From the NCBI GenBank assembly GCA_003171235.1, contig PMYM01000182.1, positions 1 to 42,397 on the forward strand: DNA of 42,397 bases, read 5' to 3'. The notes below the pieces were generated by a model. It did no database searches. It was given only the letters and a program-made list of their open reading frames with translations, and was not told where the DNA came from. Position 1 is the first letter of the stretch. Each line of letters starts with the position of its first letter. The position numbers and the translations under genes are program-made. The DNA is from Phycisphaerales bacterium (lineage in GTDB: Bacteria > Planctomycetota > Phycisphaerae > SM23-33). Positions 25,083 through 34,851 of the stretch are shown piece after piece.

Positions 25083-27872
25083 TTACTGCTCCAGAAGGGT
25101 GATTGTGCCGCTTTTGCCGTCGACGCGGATCATGGCGCGGTCGGGGATGCGCTTGGTGGCGTCGGGGCAGACCACGGCCGGAATGCCGTAATCCCGGGCC
25201 ACGATGGCCCCGTGGGAAAGCACCCCGCCCTGCTCGACCACCAGGCCCCGGGCGTGCACGAACAGCGCCGTCCAACTGGGATCGGTGGAGGGGCAGACCA
25301 GTATGTAATCGGTGCACAGGTCGGCTGCCTGCGACGGTTCGAAGATAATGTGGGCGACGCCGCTGGCCACGCCGCTGGCGATGGGTTCGCCCGGCAGTTC
25401 CTTGGCCGATTCGTACTTGCGCGGCATGCCCACCTCCTCCAGTTCCTTGGAGTCGATGACGTCGGCCATTTCCAGCTTGCGGGCCGACTGGTAGCGGACC
25501 TTGCGCAGCTTGATCCGCTCCAGCATCCGGGCCTTGTCGGTCTCGAAGCCCTCCAGCTCATCCAGTTGCAGGTAGAAAACGTCCCGCCCTATATCCCAGC
25601 GGCGCGACAGTTCCAGCAACGCCTGCCGAATGAGTTCATAGCCCAGCATCAGGTAATGCTTGCCCGTCTCGCGATAGGGCAGCGTGGCCTGGGCCTGCTC
25701 CAGGTCGCTTTGAACCTCTTCCCTGAAGCTGGCGCCGCCCCACTGGGCCAGCAGTTCGGGCAGTTCTTTCTCCGATTCCTGGCGGCGCTGCACGTTGGCC
25801 TGGTGCAGTTGCTCGGGCGAGGTGACCTTGTCGTCCAGGTAGGCGCTCATGAGTTGCCGCAGGTAGCTGTTGTCCTCCCGGTAGCGCGGGCGAGAAAGCT
25901 CCATCTCCCCCACCGCCCGGTGGCCGTAGCGCTCGGTGAACTCCCCGAAGGGCATCTGGCCCTTGGCCACCTTGTACAGGTTGACGTTTTGTTCGATGGT
26001 GGAATCGCCCGGCAGCCCCTGGGTCAGGGCCAGGGTCAGGGATTGGCCCTCCCGCGGCCCCATCAGGCTGCACAGCCGGTTCTGCAGCGACGCCTGGGCC
26101 AGGCCGCCCAGGAATCCCGGCAGCAGCGACTCGCCGGCGAACTCGTCCATCACCACCCGCAGCCGGTCGCGCAATTCGGCTATCACCCCGGCGGTCGAAA
26201 GCGCCTGCAGGTCGGCCTGCCGCCGCCCCTTGACGTAATCCAGGAATGGCGGCAGCACCTGCTTCTCGAACCGCTCCACCGCCGTGGCGGGGATGCTCTT
26301 GAGAATCCTGCGGTTTTTCCGCATGCCCCGAATCAGCTTGACCAGCCGTCGAAGGAAATAGGCGTCGGCCTTCTCGGCGTCGAAACGCGTGGGCTCGGCC
26401 TCGATGGCCCGGGGGTTCTTGGCCAGTTCGTCGATGTCGTAAACCTTGGGGAACCCGTCCCAGAACATCTCCGCCGCCCGCTCCGGGTCGGCATAGACGC
26501 GCCCGCAAATCAGGTCCAGGAACCCTTCCTCCATCACCCGCCGGCTGGGCAGGTAGCCCAGGTCGCGGTAGAGCTTGCCGTAGCCGCCGCTGCCGCTCAT
26601 GTAGCGGCGGACGATGTCCCAGGTCATGGGCGTGGGGGCCGGCAGGGTCTCGCCCAGGTTGTGCTTGATCCAGACGCGGCGCTTCTTGCCCGCCAGTTGG
26701 CGCAGGCGGTAGATCTCCTCCTTCCGCCCCACCTCCACGTCCTCGGCGATCTCCAGCCCGCGCACCGCCCGGCTCTGCAGCAGCGCCAGCTTGCCGTCGG
26801 CGAAACCCCACTCGATGTCCATGGGCTTGCCGAAGAACTTCTCCACGTTCATGCTCATCCTGGCCAACTCGTCGATCTGCTGGGGGTCCAGCGAGAGGGC
26901 CTCGGCGTCGCGGGCCTTGACGTCTCCCATGGCCCCGAAGACGTGGTTCTTGCGCCCAGCCACGCTGCGCTTGACGGCCAGGCTGTCGCGGTCCAGCACG
27001 AACAGGTCGGGGTGGACGTCGCCGCTGACCACGGCCTCGCCCAGGCCGTAGCTGGCCTCGATGATCATCTCGTTGGCCGAGAAATCGTTGGGGTTGGTGG
27101 TGAAGACGATGCCCGAGACCTCCGAGGGGAACATGGCCTGGACGTTGACGGCCGTGCCGGAGAGCCCGCGGATGTCGTGCTCGCGGCGATACGTGATGGC
27201 CCGCTCGTTGTTCCAGGAGCGGAAGACCGCCTCGATGCACTGCACCAGCATGTCCCAGGGCGCCTGGGGGAAGGCCTTGCCCGTGCGCTGGGTATAGAGT
27301 TCCTGGTAGCGACGGGCCAGTTCCTGGCCTTGCTGGGCCGTCAGCGGCGGCTGCTTCTGTTCCTTCTGATGGCCGTGGCCGCCGGGATCGGCTTGCTCCC
27401 TGAGTTGCTTTTCGATGGCATGAAATTCTTCGCCCGGGATGCTCGCCACCGTCTTGCCGAACATCAGCGAGAATTGGGCGAAAACGCGCCAGAAACTGCC
27501 GGCGTCCGTATATTGGGCCATGGCCGGAGTAAGGCCGCAGTTCAGTAGCGTGTCCATCATGCCCGGCATGGAGGCCGCCGCCCCCGACCGCACGGAAACC
27601 AGCAGCGGCCGCTGGGTGTCGCCGAACTTGCGGCCGGCTTCCTGTTCCAGCCGCTGGAGATTGGCCCGCACCTGGGCCTCCAACTCCTCCGGCCAGCGCC
27701 CCCCGCTTTCCAGGAACATGCGGCAGCACTCGGTGGAGATGGTGAAGCCCGGCGGCACCGGCAGGTGGGCGTTGACCATGGCCGCCAGGCTGGCGCCTTT
27801 GCCGCCCAGGATCGTCTTGTCGTCGCCGCCTTCGGCTGAGCCGCCGCCGAAGTAATACACCCATTTCGCCAT
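25083..27872 (-). CDS. PEP-utilising-enzyme family phosphotransferase: PPDK-type N-terminal ATP-grasp domain plus C-terminal phospho-His swivel domain, no PEP/pyruvate TIM-barrel domain
   Basis: The ATG at 27870-27872 is preceded by AAGGGAAG. The N-terminus reads MAKWVYYFGGG...ILGGKGASLAAM...LPVPPGFTISTE...FGDTQRPLLVSVRSGAAASMPGMMDTLLNCGL. The C-terminus reads LVCPSTDPSWTALFVHARGLVVEQGGVLSHGAIVARDYGIPAVV. The roughly 430 aa between them are not recognisable. Confidence 0.85.
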   Translation of the reverse strand: MAKWVYYFGGGSAEGGDDKTILGGKGASLAAMVNAHLPVPPGFTISTECCRMFLESGGRWPEELEAQVRANLQRLEQEAGRKFGDTQRPLLVSVRSGAAASMPGMMDTLLNCGLTPAMAQYTDAGSFWRVFAQFSLMFGKTVASIPGEEFHAIEKQLREQADPGGHGHQKEQKQPPLTAQQGQELARRYQELYTQRTGKAFPQAPWDMLVQCIEAVFRSWNNERAITYRREHDIRGLSGTAVNVQAMFPSEVSGIVFTTNPNDFSANEMIIEASYGLGEAVVSGDVHPDLFVLDRDSLAVKRSVAGRKNHVFGAMGDVKARDAEALSLDPQQIDELARMSMNVEKFFGKPMDIEWGFADGKLALLQSRAVRGLEIAEDVEVGRKEEIYRLRQLAGKKRRVWIKHNLGETLPAPTPMTWDIVRRYMSGSGGYGKLYRDLGYLPSRRVMEEGFLDLICGRVYADPERAAEMFWDGFPKVYDIDELAKNPRAIEAEPTRFDAEKADAYFLRRLVKLIRGMRKNRRILKSIPATAVERFEKQVLPPFLDYVKGRRQADLQALSTAGVIAELRDRLRVVMDEFAGESLLPGFLGGLAQASLQNRLCSLMGPREGQSLTLALTQGLPGDSTIEQNVNLYKVAKGQMPFGEFTERYGHRAVGEMELSRPRYREDNSYLRQLMSAYLDDKVTSPEQLHQANVQRRQESEKELPELLAQWGGASFREEVQSDLEQAQATLPYRETGKHYLMLGYELIRQALLELSRRWDIGRDVFYLQLDELEGFETDKARMLERIKLRKVRYQSARKLEMADVIDSKELEEVGMPRKYESAKELPGEPIASGVASGVAHIIFEPSQAADLCTDYILVCPSTDPSWTALFVHARGLVVEQGGVLSHGAIVARDYGIPAVVCPDATKRIPDRAMIRVDGKSGTITLLEQ

Positions 27873-28158
27873 AGTCACTTCCCTTGACGCTTCACCAGAG
27901 CGGCTGGAGGGGCGGCCTCGAGCGCCGCACCCCTTGCTCGCGCAAGTAAAGAACCTGGTCGCCGCGCAGCCAGGCCGGCAGGCCCACGATCAGGCCCTCG
28001 GGCAACCTCTGCTCCAGCCCTGTGCCACCAATATAAGCCAACTTTTCGCCCTTGTGGTAATCTATCCTTCGGGCATCAGGACTTAAACCGCCGAGATAGC
28101 CCAATGATTCGCCACAAATAGGTTGACTTCAGGCTTTCCGGAGAAGATTTTTAGGGCC

Positions 28159-29199
28159 ATGAGCGACTCACACGTTGTCCGCGCGACCGTTGGCGCGGGA
28201 GGCCAGGTGACTTCCGCCGCCGGGCCGGGCCTGGTGGATATCCAGGTCAACGGCTACGCCCAGGTCGACTTCAACGCCGACCCCGCCCGACTGGACCTCT
28301 CGGCCATCCGCCAGGCCTGCCGGAAGATGCGTTCTCGCGGGGTGGCCCGCTTCCTGCCGACTTTCACCACCGACGCCCTGCCCAACGTGCTGGAACGGCT
28401 GCGGCGCTTCGCCCAGTTCCGCCGCCAGGACGAGTTGCTCGAGGCGATGGCGCCGGGCTTTCACGTGGAGGGCATATTCATCAGCCCCCAGGACGGCCCG
28501 CGCGGCGCCCACCCGCTGGAGCACTGCCGCACGCCCGCCCAGCTTCCCGGCCTGCTGGACCAACTGCAGGAGGCTTGCGGCGGGCTGCTGAAGATGTTCT
28601 CCCTGGCCCCCGAACTGCCCGGGGCGTTGGAGGTCATTGCCGCCGGCGCCCGCCAGCGAGTGGTGATGGCCCTGGCCCATCACGCCGCCACGCCGGACAT
28701 AATCGCCCAGGCCGTCTCCGCCGGCGCCCGGCTCTGCACCCACCTGGGCAACGGGGCCCACGCCACCCTGCCCCGCAGCGACAACTATATCCAGCATCAG
28801 TTGGCCAATGACCGGCTCTGGGCCAGCTTCATCGCCGACGGGCATCACATTGTCTTCCCCGCGCTGAAGAATTTCCTGCGGGCCAAGCAACTTCCGCGCT
28901 GCGTCCTGGCCAGCGACGCCATGGCCGCGGCCGACGCCCCTCCCGGACGCTACGCCCTCGGCCGGACGCACGTGGACGTGGGGCCCAGCGGGCGGGTCAG
29001 CCTGGCCGGCACGCCCTACCTGGCCGGTTCATCGCTGACACTGGACAAGGCCCTGCTGAACGTGGCACGTTACTGCGACGTGACCTTTGCCCAGGCCTGG
29101 GAAATGGCCTCCACCCAGCCGGCCAAACTGCTGGACCTGAAGAACCTGCCGACCGTCAAGGTAACCGTCACGGAGGGGGGTTTTTCGCTACAGGAGTAG
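28159..29199 (+). CDS. nagA: N-acetylglucosamine-6-phosphate deacetylase-like amidohydrolase
   Basis: ATG at 28159 gives GLVDIQVNGYAQVDFN (E. coli NagA-type DxQxNG in place of HxH), then GFHVEGIFISP, LAPELPGA, ALAHHAAT, CTHLGNG, FIADGHHI and LASDAM. Confidence 0.75.
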   Translation: MSDSHVVRATVGAGGQVTSAAGPGLVDIQVNGYAQVDFNADPARLDLSAIRQACRKMRSRGVARFLPTFTTDALPNVLERLRRFAQFRRQDELLEAMAPGFHVEGIFISPQDGPRGAHPLEHCRTPAQLPGLLDQLQEACGGLLKMFSLAPELPGALEVIAAGARQRVVMALAHHAATPDIIAQAVSAGARLCTHLGNGAHATLPRSDNYIQHQLANDRLWASFIADGHHIVFPALKNFLRAKQLPRCVLASDAMAAADAPPGRYALGRTHVDVGPSGRVSLAGTPYLAGSSLTLDKALLNVARYCDVTFAQAWEMASTQPAKLLDLKNLPTVKVTVTEGGFSLQE

Positions 29200-29259
29200 C
29201 CGGGGCGGCGCGCAGATTTCCCGAACCACTGAGGAATCAGCGTGCCCTAGCTGGCTTGA

Positions 29260-29321
29260 CATGCCACCCGAAGTGAGGTCACAAACATGGTCACGCGAAA
29301 AAAAGCGTGACCATGCCACCC
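29260..29321. repeat. Family 2 element (half-site remnant plus one complete hairpin)
   Basis: CATGCCACCC is at 29260-29269. The hairpin CATGGTCACGCgaaaaaaaGCGTGACCATGCCACCC is at 29286-29321. The element lies between the convergent nagA-like and DUF89 genes. Confidence 0.75.
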
Positions 29322-29344
29322 GGAGTCGCCCAGGCAATCCCGAC

Positions 29345-30412
29345 CTACTTCGCCACCGGGTCGAACTTGCACACGCAGTCGTACACCTGGCCGTTGACGC
29401 GGGCGGCCACGGTGGGGTCTTTCAGCAGGCAGAGCTGCACGGCATCGACCTTGAATTGCGTCTGGAGGTTGCTCTCGACGGTCCGGCCCATGCCCTCCAG
29501 GACCACCAGGTCGGCGTCGGCCGCGGCGGCGTTGAGCTCGTCGCTGACGCCCGAGAGGTCCAGCAGGGGCAGATCGTTGCCGGTGGAAACCACCTCGAAC
29601 AATCCGCCTTCGACGTAGCTGGCTAATTCCGAATCCTCAACCACCAACTGTTCCAGCACGGCGACGGTCTCGTCGGCGGTGATGTCGTTAAGGCTGGGCA
29701 ACTCGTTGGCGGCCAGCACCACGTGCACGCCGTGGGCGGCAAGTTGCCGGGCCAGGGGCATCACGCCCAGCACCAGGTCGCTGCCGGCGTTGTCGATGAA
29801 GACCACGGCCTTGGCCCAGGGGGCGGGGGCGGCGCCGGAGGTGGGCAGGGCCTCGGCCAGGCGGTCGAAATCGTCGATCAGCCAGGGGCGGGGTTTGACC
29901 TGGTCGAGCACCTGGTGGAAGTCCACCTTCTGCTGGGCGTACCCCAGCGTGGCCGGGCTGCCCAAGTCGAAGATGTTGCCGGCGAAGACGCCGCGGACCA
30001 GGTGTTCCCACCGCTGCTGCGTGGGCAGGGATTGCAGGTCCTCGATGACGCCGGGATAAAGTTCGATGGCCGAGCGGTTTTCGCGGGCCTTGATATGCCG
30101 GAAGGGGTCGTGCAGGGCGTTGTCGCGCAGGGCCTTTTCGCGCAGGCGGCAGAGTTCGATGACGCCCAGCCGGCCGTCCGTGACGGCCGAGCCCTGCCGC
30201 AGCGGCTCCAGGGACGAGAGGAACTGCTTGCGGGCCTGCTCGATCTGCCGGCCGAAATTCCGCCCGTACGCCCCCCGCGCCGATTCCAGGACCGTGGCAA
30301 AGTGGTCCTCGAACAGCTTGAGCCAGTACTGGCGCAGTTGTTGGTCCTGGAACAGGTCGGGGTCGCTAGCGTGATAGGCGTTGGCGTCGGCCAGAAGACA
30401 AAAGTGGGTCAT
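29345..30412 (-). CDS. DUF89 / ARMT1-like damage-control phosphatase family protein
   Basis: I prefer the ATG at 30410-30412 (MTHFCLLADANAYH). Family-like motifs from memory are VVFIDNAGSDLVLGVMPLARQL, LAANELPSLNDIT and ADLVVLEGMGRTVESN. Confidence 0.75.
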   Translation of the reverse strand: MTHFCLLADANAYHASDPDLFQDQQLRQYWLKLFEDHFATVLESARGAYGRNFGRQIEQARKQFLSSLEPLRQGSAVTDGRLGVIELCRLREKALRDNALHDPFRHIKARENRSAIELYPGVIEDLQSLPTQQRWEHLVRGVFAGNIFDLGSPATLGYAQQKVDFHQVLDQVKPRPWLIDDFDRLAEALPTSGAAPAPWAKAVVFIDNAGSDLVLGVMPLARQLAAHGVHVVLAANELPSLNDITADETVAVLEQLVVEDSELASYVEGGLFEVVSTGNDLPLLDLSGVSDELNAAAADADLVVLEGMGRTVESNLQTQFKVDAVQLCLLKDPTVAARVNGQVYDCVCKFDPVAK

Positions 30413-30541
30413 AAAGCTACAGCCGCCGAATCCCTGACGCGAAAACCCGTTTTGCCGCCGCGCCTTTCGCGTCAACCAGTCGCGCCGGCCTTAACCCGGG
30501 CAGCCGCGGCCGCCGTGGCCGCCCCGCCCAGCTAAGATACA

Positions 30542-32116
30542 CTATTGAACCTTCAAAGCCACCAAAGTCAAGTCATCCCTGCCAGTTTGCAGGCCCACAA
30601 ACCGCCGCATCTCCCAGAGCACGTGCTTGGCGATGCCCTCGGCCGAATCGCCCCTCCCCGCCGCAACCAGCGCCGCCTGGCGTACGCGACCCCGCCCGAA
30701 AGTCTCGTCCTGGAAGTTCATGGCCTCGGCCAGCCCGTCAGTATATACCAAGAGCACGTCGCCGCGCTGCACTTCGACGACCTCGTGCTCGAAATTCATG
30801 GCCGGGTCGATGCCCACCAGCCCGCCGCCGCAGGAGAGCGTCTGGGCCTCCTGGCCGCGGATCAGCAGCGGGGTTTCGTGGCCGGCGTTGCAGTAGGTAA
30901 GCTGGCTGTTGGGCATGTCCAGCACGCCGTAAAAAAGGGTCAGGAAATCCGACTCCTCGCTCTGCTGGTACATGTGGGCGTTAAGCGCGGCCACCACCCG
31001 CGACAGGTCGTAGATGTGGGTGACGTACGCCCGCAGGGCCGCCCTGGCCGAGGCCATCAGCAGCGAGGCCCGCACGCCCTTGCCCACCACGTCGGCCACG
31101 CAGATGCCCAGGTTGCCCTTGGGCAGCTCGATGAAATCGTAGAAATCGCCCCCCGTCTCGAAGCAGGGCACGTACACGGCGGCGATGTCCAGGCCGGGGA
31201 TGTGCGGAGGGCTGGAGGGAATCATCCGCCGCTGCACTTCGCCGGCCAGGCGGAGCTGCCGCTTCATGTTCTCGGCCTGCAGCGCTTCCTGGTACAGCCG
31301 GGCGTTGACGATGGCGGCGGCGGCCTGGGCGGCCACGCCCTTGATCAGCCCCGTCTCGTACCAGTCGAACTGGTGGGCCTCCTTGTGGTACACGCGGATG
31401 ACGCCCTCGACTTTGCCCCGGTAGGCCATGGGGGCGCACAGGGCCGAGACGATGCCCTCGCGCCGGGCCTCGCTCTGGTACAGGATGCGCGGGTCGTGGG
31501 TCTCGTCGGCTATGTACACGCACTCGTTGTTTTCAAAGACGAAGCGGTCGACCTGGCTGTCGGCCAGCAGGATTTTGCCCTTGGACATGTATTCCTGCGA
31601 CAGCCCGAAGGCGGCCATGGTCAGCAGTTCCTGGCGGTCCTCGCTGAGCACGCGGATGGAGCAGGCGTGGGCGCCGGTGACCTGCACCATGGTCTGAGCG
31701 ACGATCTGGGAGACGTCCTTCAGGTCGGTCCGCCCGTTGAAGGCCTCGGTCAGGCGGTACATGACCGCCAGTTCCTCCAGGCGGTTGCGGAGCTGAGCGG
31801 CCTGCTCGCACAGCCGGGTCAACAGGTCGCGCATCAGGCCCAGGCAGCGGATGGCCCGGGCGTCGGCCTGGCCTTCGACCAGGGCGATGGACCCGACCGG
31901 CTGGCCGTCCACCAGGATGTGCGTGGCGGAGTTGCCGGCGGCCTGCGTGCCCGGCCCGGCCAGCACCGCCCCGGAGGCGTCCAGAATCTGCACCGGGGCG
32001 TTGATGGCAATGGAGAACATCGAGGCCAACTGCCCCAGCGTCTCGCTCTCAAGATAATCACGCAAACTCTTCACAGCCCAACTACTATACAGAAAGCGAC
32101 TGGCCACAAAACCCAA
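30542..32116 (-). CDS. GAF-domain-containing PP2C-type (SpoIIE/RsbU-like) serine phosphatase
   Basis: The central GAF-like region is VTGAHACSIRVL...LLTMAAFGLS...VSALCAPMAYRGKVEGVIRVY. The C-terminal domain reads AGEVQRRMIPS..P.IPGLDIAAVYVPCFETGGDFYDF...ICVADVVGKGVRASLLM...NAGHETPLL...LLVYTDGLAEA. The start is uncertain (TTG at 32116). Confidence 0.85.
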   Translation of the reverse strand: MGFVASRFLYSSWAVKSLRDYLESETLGQLASMFSIAINAPVQILDASGAVLAGPGTQAAGNSATHILVDGQPVGSIALVEGQADARAIRCLGLMRDLLTRLCEQAAQLRNRLEELAVMYRLTEAFNGRTDLKDVSQIVAQTMVQVTGAHACSIRVLSEDRQELLTMAAFGLSQEYMSKGKILLADSQVDRFVFENNECVYIADETHDPRILYQSEARREGIVSALCAPMAYRGKVEGVIRVYHKEAHQFDWYETGLIKGVAAQAAAAIVNARLYQEALQAENMKRQLRLAGEVQRRMIPSSPPHIPGLDIAAVYVPCFETGGDFYDFIELPKGNLGICVADVVGKGVRASLLMASARAALRAYVTHIYDLSRVVAALNAHMYQQSEESDFLTLFYGVLDMPNSQLTYCNAGHETPLLIRGQEAQTLSCGGGLVGIDPAMNFEHEVVEVQRGDVLLVYTDGLAEAMNFQDETFGRGRVRQAALVAAGRGDSAEGIAKHVLWEMRRFVGLQTGRDDLTLVALKVQ

Positions 32117-32142
32117 ATCTCCCCGCCGGCGGGGAATGTAAA

Positions 32143-32175
32143 GTGGGAGAAACCGCCCGAACGGCGGTCTCCCAC
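32143..32175. repeat. Family 4 single hairpin
   Basis: GTGGGAGAAACCGCCcgaacGGCGGTCTCCCAC compares with GTGGGAGACCGCCccgcGGGCGGTTCCTCCCAC at 8176-8208. It lies in the divergent PP2C/MATE spacer. Confidence 0.6.
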
Positions 32176-32336
32176 GGTTCTTCCGATTCTGCCTCCGGTT
32201 GGGGGGCTATAAGCTAAAGACTCTCTGAGGTCCCGCGGCATCATCCCCAACTTCCAATGAAAAACCCGAAGAACCAAAAGTCTGTCGCCCTCCGGGTGGA
32301 GCGACCTTAGAATCGTGAAAGAATCATCGGACAAGA

Positions 32337-33770
32337 ATGAACCAGGTGAATGACAAGATTGAATCCCGCGGATCGGCGGCGGAAGTGCTGGCCATGTCCT
32401 GGCCGGCCAGCATGGGCATGCTCAACCGCACCATCATGCAGTTCGTGGACGGGGTGATCCTGGCCCACACCGGGCCGGAGGGCGCCGGCCTGGTGGCCGC
32501 CCAGTTCCTGGGCACGCTGGTGGCGCTCATACCCGAAAGCCTGGCCACCGGCACGCTCACCGTGGTCAACACCTACGTCAGCCAGAACCTTGGGGCCGGG
32601 CGGCTCAAGCACTGCGGCCGGTACGCCCTGGCCGGCCTGCTGTTGGCGTTGATCGTGGCGGCCTGCGTCGCCCCGCTAGCGTTTTTCAACCAGCCGATCA
32701 TGCAGGGCATCCATCGCCTGCAGGACGCGGTGGGCGGCCGGGAAACCGGCGGCGAACTGGTCGGCATGGAGGCGATGTACTTTGCCTTCATGGTCGGCAG
32801 CATCGTGCTAACCTTGCCCACGCGCGTCCTGGAGCAGTTCTTCTACGGCATCAACCAGCCGATGCGCGTTTTCACCGCCTCGATCATCGCCAACGTCTTC
32901 AACTTCGCGGCCAATTACTGCCTGGTGCTGGGAAAGTTCGGCTTCCCCAAGCTGGGCCTGTTGGGTTCGGGCATAGGCACGGTGTGCGCCTGGGGGCTGC
33001 AACTGGCGATTCTGTCGGGCATGTTCTTTTCCCGCCGGCTGCACGAGCGGTTCGGCACGCGCGGCTGGCTGTCGGTTAAGGCCCGGGAGATAGTGGACCT
33101 GTTGAAGATCGGCTACCCGGCGGGCGTGCAGTTCGTCAACGACCTTTTGCCCTGGACGATTTTTACCAGCATCCTGGTTGCCTCTTTCGGGCCGGGGCAC
33201 CTGGAGGCCACCACGGTGGCCATGCGGTACATGTCGCTTTCGTTCATGCCGGTGGTGGGCGTGGGGGTGGCGGCGACGGCCCTGGTGGGCAAGTACATCG
33301 GCGCCGGGCGCATCGACCTTGCCCGCCGGCGGGCCCACGCCGCCCTGCTGATCGGCATGGCCTACATGGGCCTGTGCGGGTTGGCTTTTCTCATCTTCCG
33401 TTACCCGCTGGTCAAGTTGTTCGTCAACCCCGCCGGGCCCGAGGCGGCCCAGATCATCCACAACGCCAGCCTGGTGATGATCTGCGCGGCGTTGTTCCAG
33501 ATGTTCGACGCCATGGGCATCGTGTACGTCGGCGCTTTGCGCGGCTCAGGCGACACGCTCTGGCCGATGATCGCCACCACCACCCTGAGCTGGGGCTTCA
33601 CCGTCGGGGGCGGCTGGCTCATGGTCCGATACGTGCCCCAATGGACCAGCGTCGGGCCATGGATCACGGCCAGCCTGTACGTCATCGTGCTGGGCATCCT
33701 GATGGCCGTGCGATTCGAGGGCGGTTCATGGCAGAAGATCCGGCTGCTGGAACGCGCGGAAAAAGATTAG
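32337..33770 (+). CDS. MATE family efflux transporter
   Basis: The protein is 477 aa with about 12 TM helices. The N-terminus reads AAEVLAMSWPASMGMLNRTIMQFVDGVILAH, typical of MATE/NorM proteins. An internal duplication of 6-TM halves is apparent. Confidence 0.85.
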   Translation: MNQVNDKIESRGSAAEVLAMSWPASMGMLNRTIMQFVDGVILAHTGPEGAGLVAAQFLGTLVALIPESLATGTLTVVNTYVSQNLGAGRLKHCGRYALAGLLLALIVAACVAPLAFFNQPIMQGIHRLQDAVGGRETGGELVGMEAMYFAFMVGSIVLTLPTRVLEQFFYGINQPMRVFTASIIANVFNFAANYCLVLGKFGFPKLGLLGSGIGTVCAWGLQLAILSGMFFSRRLHERFGTRGWLSVKAREIVDLLKIGYPAGVQFVNDLLPWTIFTSILVASFGPGHLEATTVAMRYMSLSFMPVVGVGVAATALVGKYIGAGRIDLARRRAHAALLIGMAYMGLCGLAFLIFRYPLVKLFVNPAGPEAAQIIHNASLVMICAALFQMFDAMGIVYVGALRGSGDTLWPMIATTTLSWGFTVGGGWLMVRYVPQWTSVGPWITASLYVIVLGILMAVRFEGGSWQKIRLLERAEKD

Positions 33771-33817
33771 CCGCGAACAACGCCAACATCGCCAACCAGA
33801 GGAATAAAGCATAGTTG

Positions 33818-33957
33818 GGCTGGCATGGTCACGCTGCTTTTCGCGTGACCATGTTTAGCCTCCAGCCACGGGAGATCCTTGCCTTCTTGGGCCTGCACAT
33901 AGGTCGCCGCGGTCTTTCATGGCCGCCGCACAAGACGCGGACGGGCATACCACCCGC
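33818..33957. repeat. Family 2 long form (roughly 140 bp, two different hairpins)
   Basis: GGCTGGCATGGTCACGCtgcttttcGCGTGACCATGtttagcc ... cttcttgggcctgcac ... ttCATGGCCGCCGCacaagaCGCGGacgGGCATaCCACCC aligns by eye along its whole length with the reverse complement of 39822-39958. Confidence 0.8.
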
Positions 33958-34032
33958 CGTTTGTTTCGGCTTTCGTGCTTCGGATTTGGCAGTTTGGGGA
34001 TGTGGCTGGCGCGACGCCACGGCCGTGTCCGG

Positions 34033-34851
34033 TTACCGCACCTCAAACCTGGTGCTTACCACCGCGATGATCTCCTTCTCGTAGGAGGTCGTGTCGTTGT
34101 TCCCCTCAGCCGAGGTGCTGGTGACGCCCTTGGGGTTTATCTGCATGACGCCCATCCGGGCTTCCACAAGCTTGCCCAGGCGGCCGTTGGCGTTGCTGAC
34201 GATTTGCCCAGCCCGGGTGGTGGCGTCCTTGGTGGCCTCGGCAAGCATGTCGATCTTCAATTCGGAAAGCTTGGTGTAGAGGTAGCTGGGGGCGCTGGAA
34301 TCGACCTCCACGCCGTCCTTTATCAGACTGGTCACCGAGCGTGCCACCTCCGGCACTCGCTTCATGTCGCTGGAGGCGACGCTGACGGCTTGCGTCAACG
34401 TGTACATGTCCACCTTGTCGGTGGTCACGACCGTCGGGGCGACATGTTCCTGCGGATTAGAGCTGGCACCGCCGGTGCCGGGCAGAACTTCCTGGTGGAA
34501 GCGGCGGTTGGTGGTAACGGCCGAGAGCGTGATGTCGGACTCCGGGATACCGTTGTCGACCAGGAACTTCTTCACTTTTGCGGCCGAGGCGTTGATGGTG
34601 TCGTAGGCCTTCACCAGGTTTTCATCGCGGGCGGCCACCGTGCAGAACCAGGCGATGCGGTCTGACACTATGGCCTTGCGGGCCGACCCGGTGACGGCCA
34701 GCGTCTTGGGCTCGAGCTTCACCGACAAATAAGCCCACACCAACAGGGCAACACAGATGACGTTTGCCAGGGCGAAAAACACTCCCCCGGCGCGAAGCGT
34801 GACCACGACTTTTCCGGGCCAATTGGTGCGATGGGGCGTCTCCTCTGCCAC
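34033..34851 (-). CDS. SIMPL (DUF541) domain-containing membrane-anchored protein
   Basis: It has a GTG start and an N-terminal TM (VVVTLRAGGVFFALANVICVALLVWAYLSV). The body reads LAVTGSARKAIVSDRIAWFCTVAARDENLVKAYDTINASAAKVKKFLVDNGIPESDITLSAV... and resembles SIMPL family proteins from memory. Confidence 0.65.
   Translation of the reverse strand: MAEETPHRTNWPGKVVVTLRAGGVFFALANVICVALLVWAYLSVKLEPKTLAVTGSARKAIVSDRIAWFCTVAARDENLVKAYDTINASAAKVKKFLVDNGIPESDITLSAVTTNRRFHQEVLPGTGGASSNPQEHVAPTVVTTDKVDMYTLTQAVSVASSDMKRVPEVARSVTSLIKDGVEVDSSAPSYLYTKLSELKIDMLAEATKDATTRAGQIVSNANGRLGKLVEARMGVMQINPKGVTSTSAEGNNDTTSYEKEIIAVVSTRFEVR

Noticed and set aside
27892-28104. A 70-aa ORF directly upstream of the dikinase-like gene.
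   Set aside because: It has no recognisable motifs and mixed codon usage. It also runs through a family 1 repeat half-site (CCAGCCCTGTGCCACC, 28016-28030). It is more likely part of the divergent promoter region between the dikinase-like gene and the nagA-like gene.
33815-34084. ORFs 33815-34084 (+) and 38798-39982 (-), which share an N-terminal peptide GWHGHAAFRVTMFS...SWPPHKTR.
   Set aside because: The shared peptide is simply the translation of the family 2 long-form repeat present at both sites. The remainder of each ORF is antisense or out of frame to real genes (SIMPL, DUF1559).
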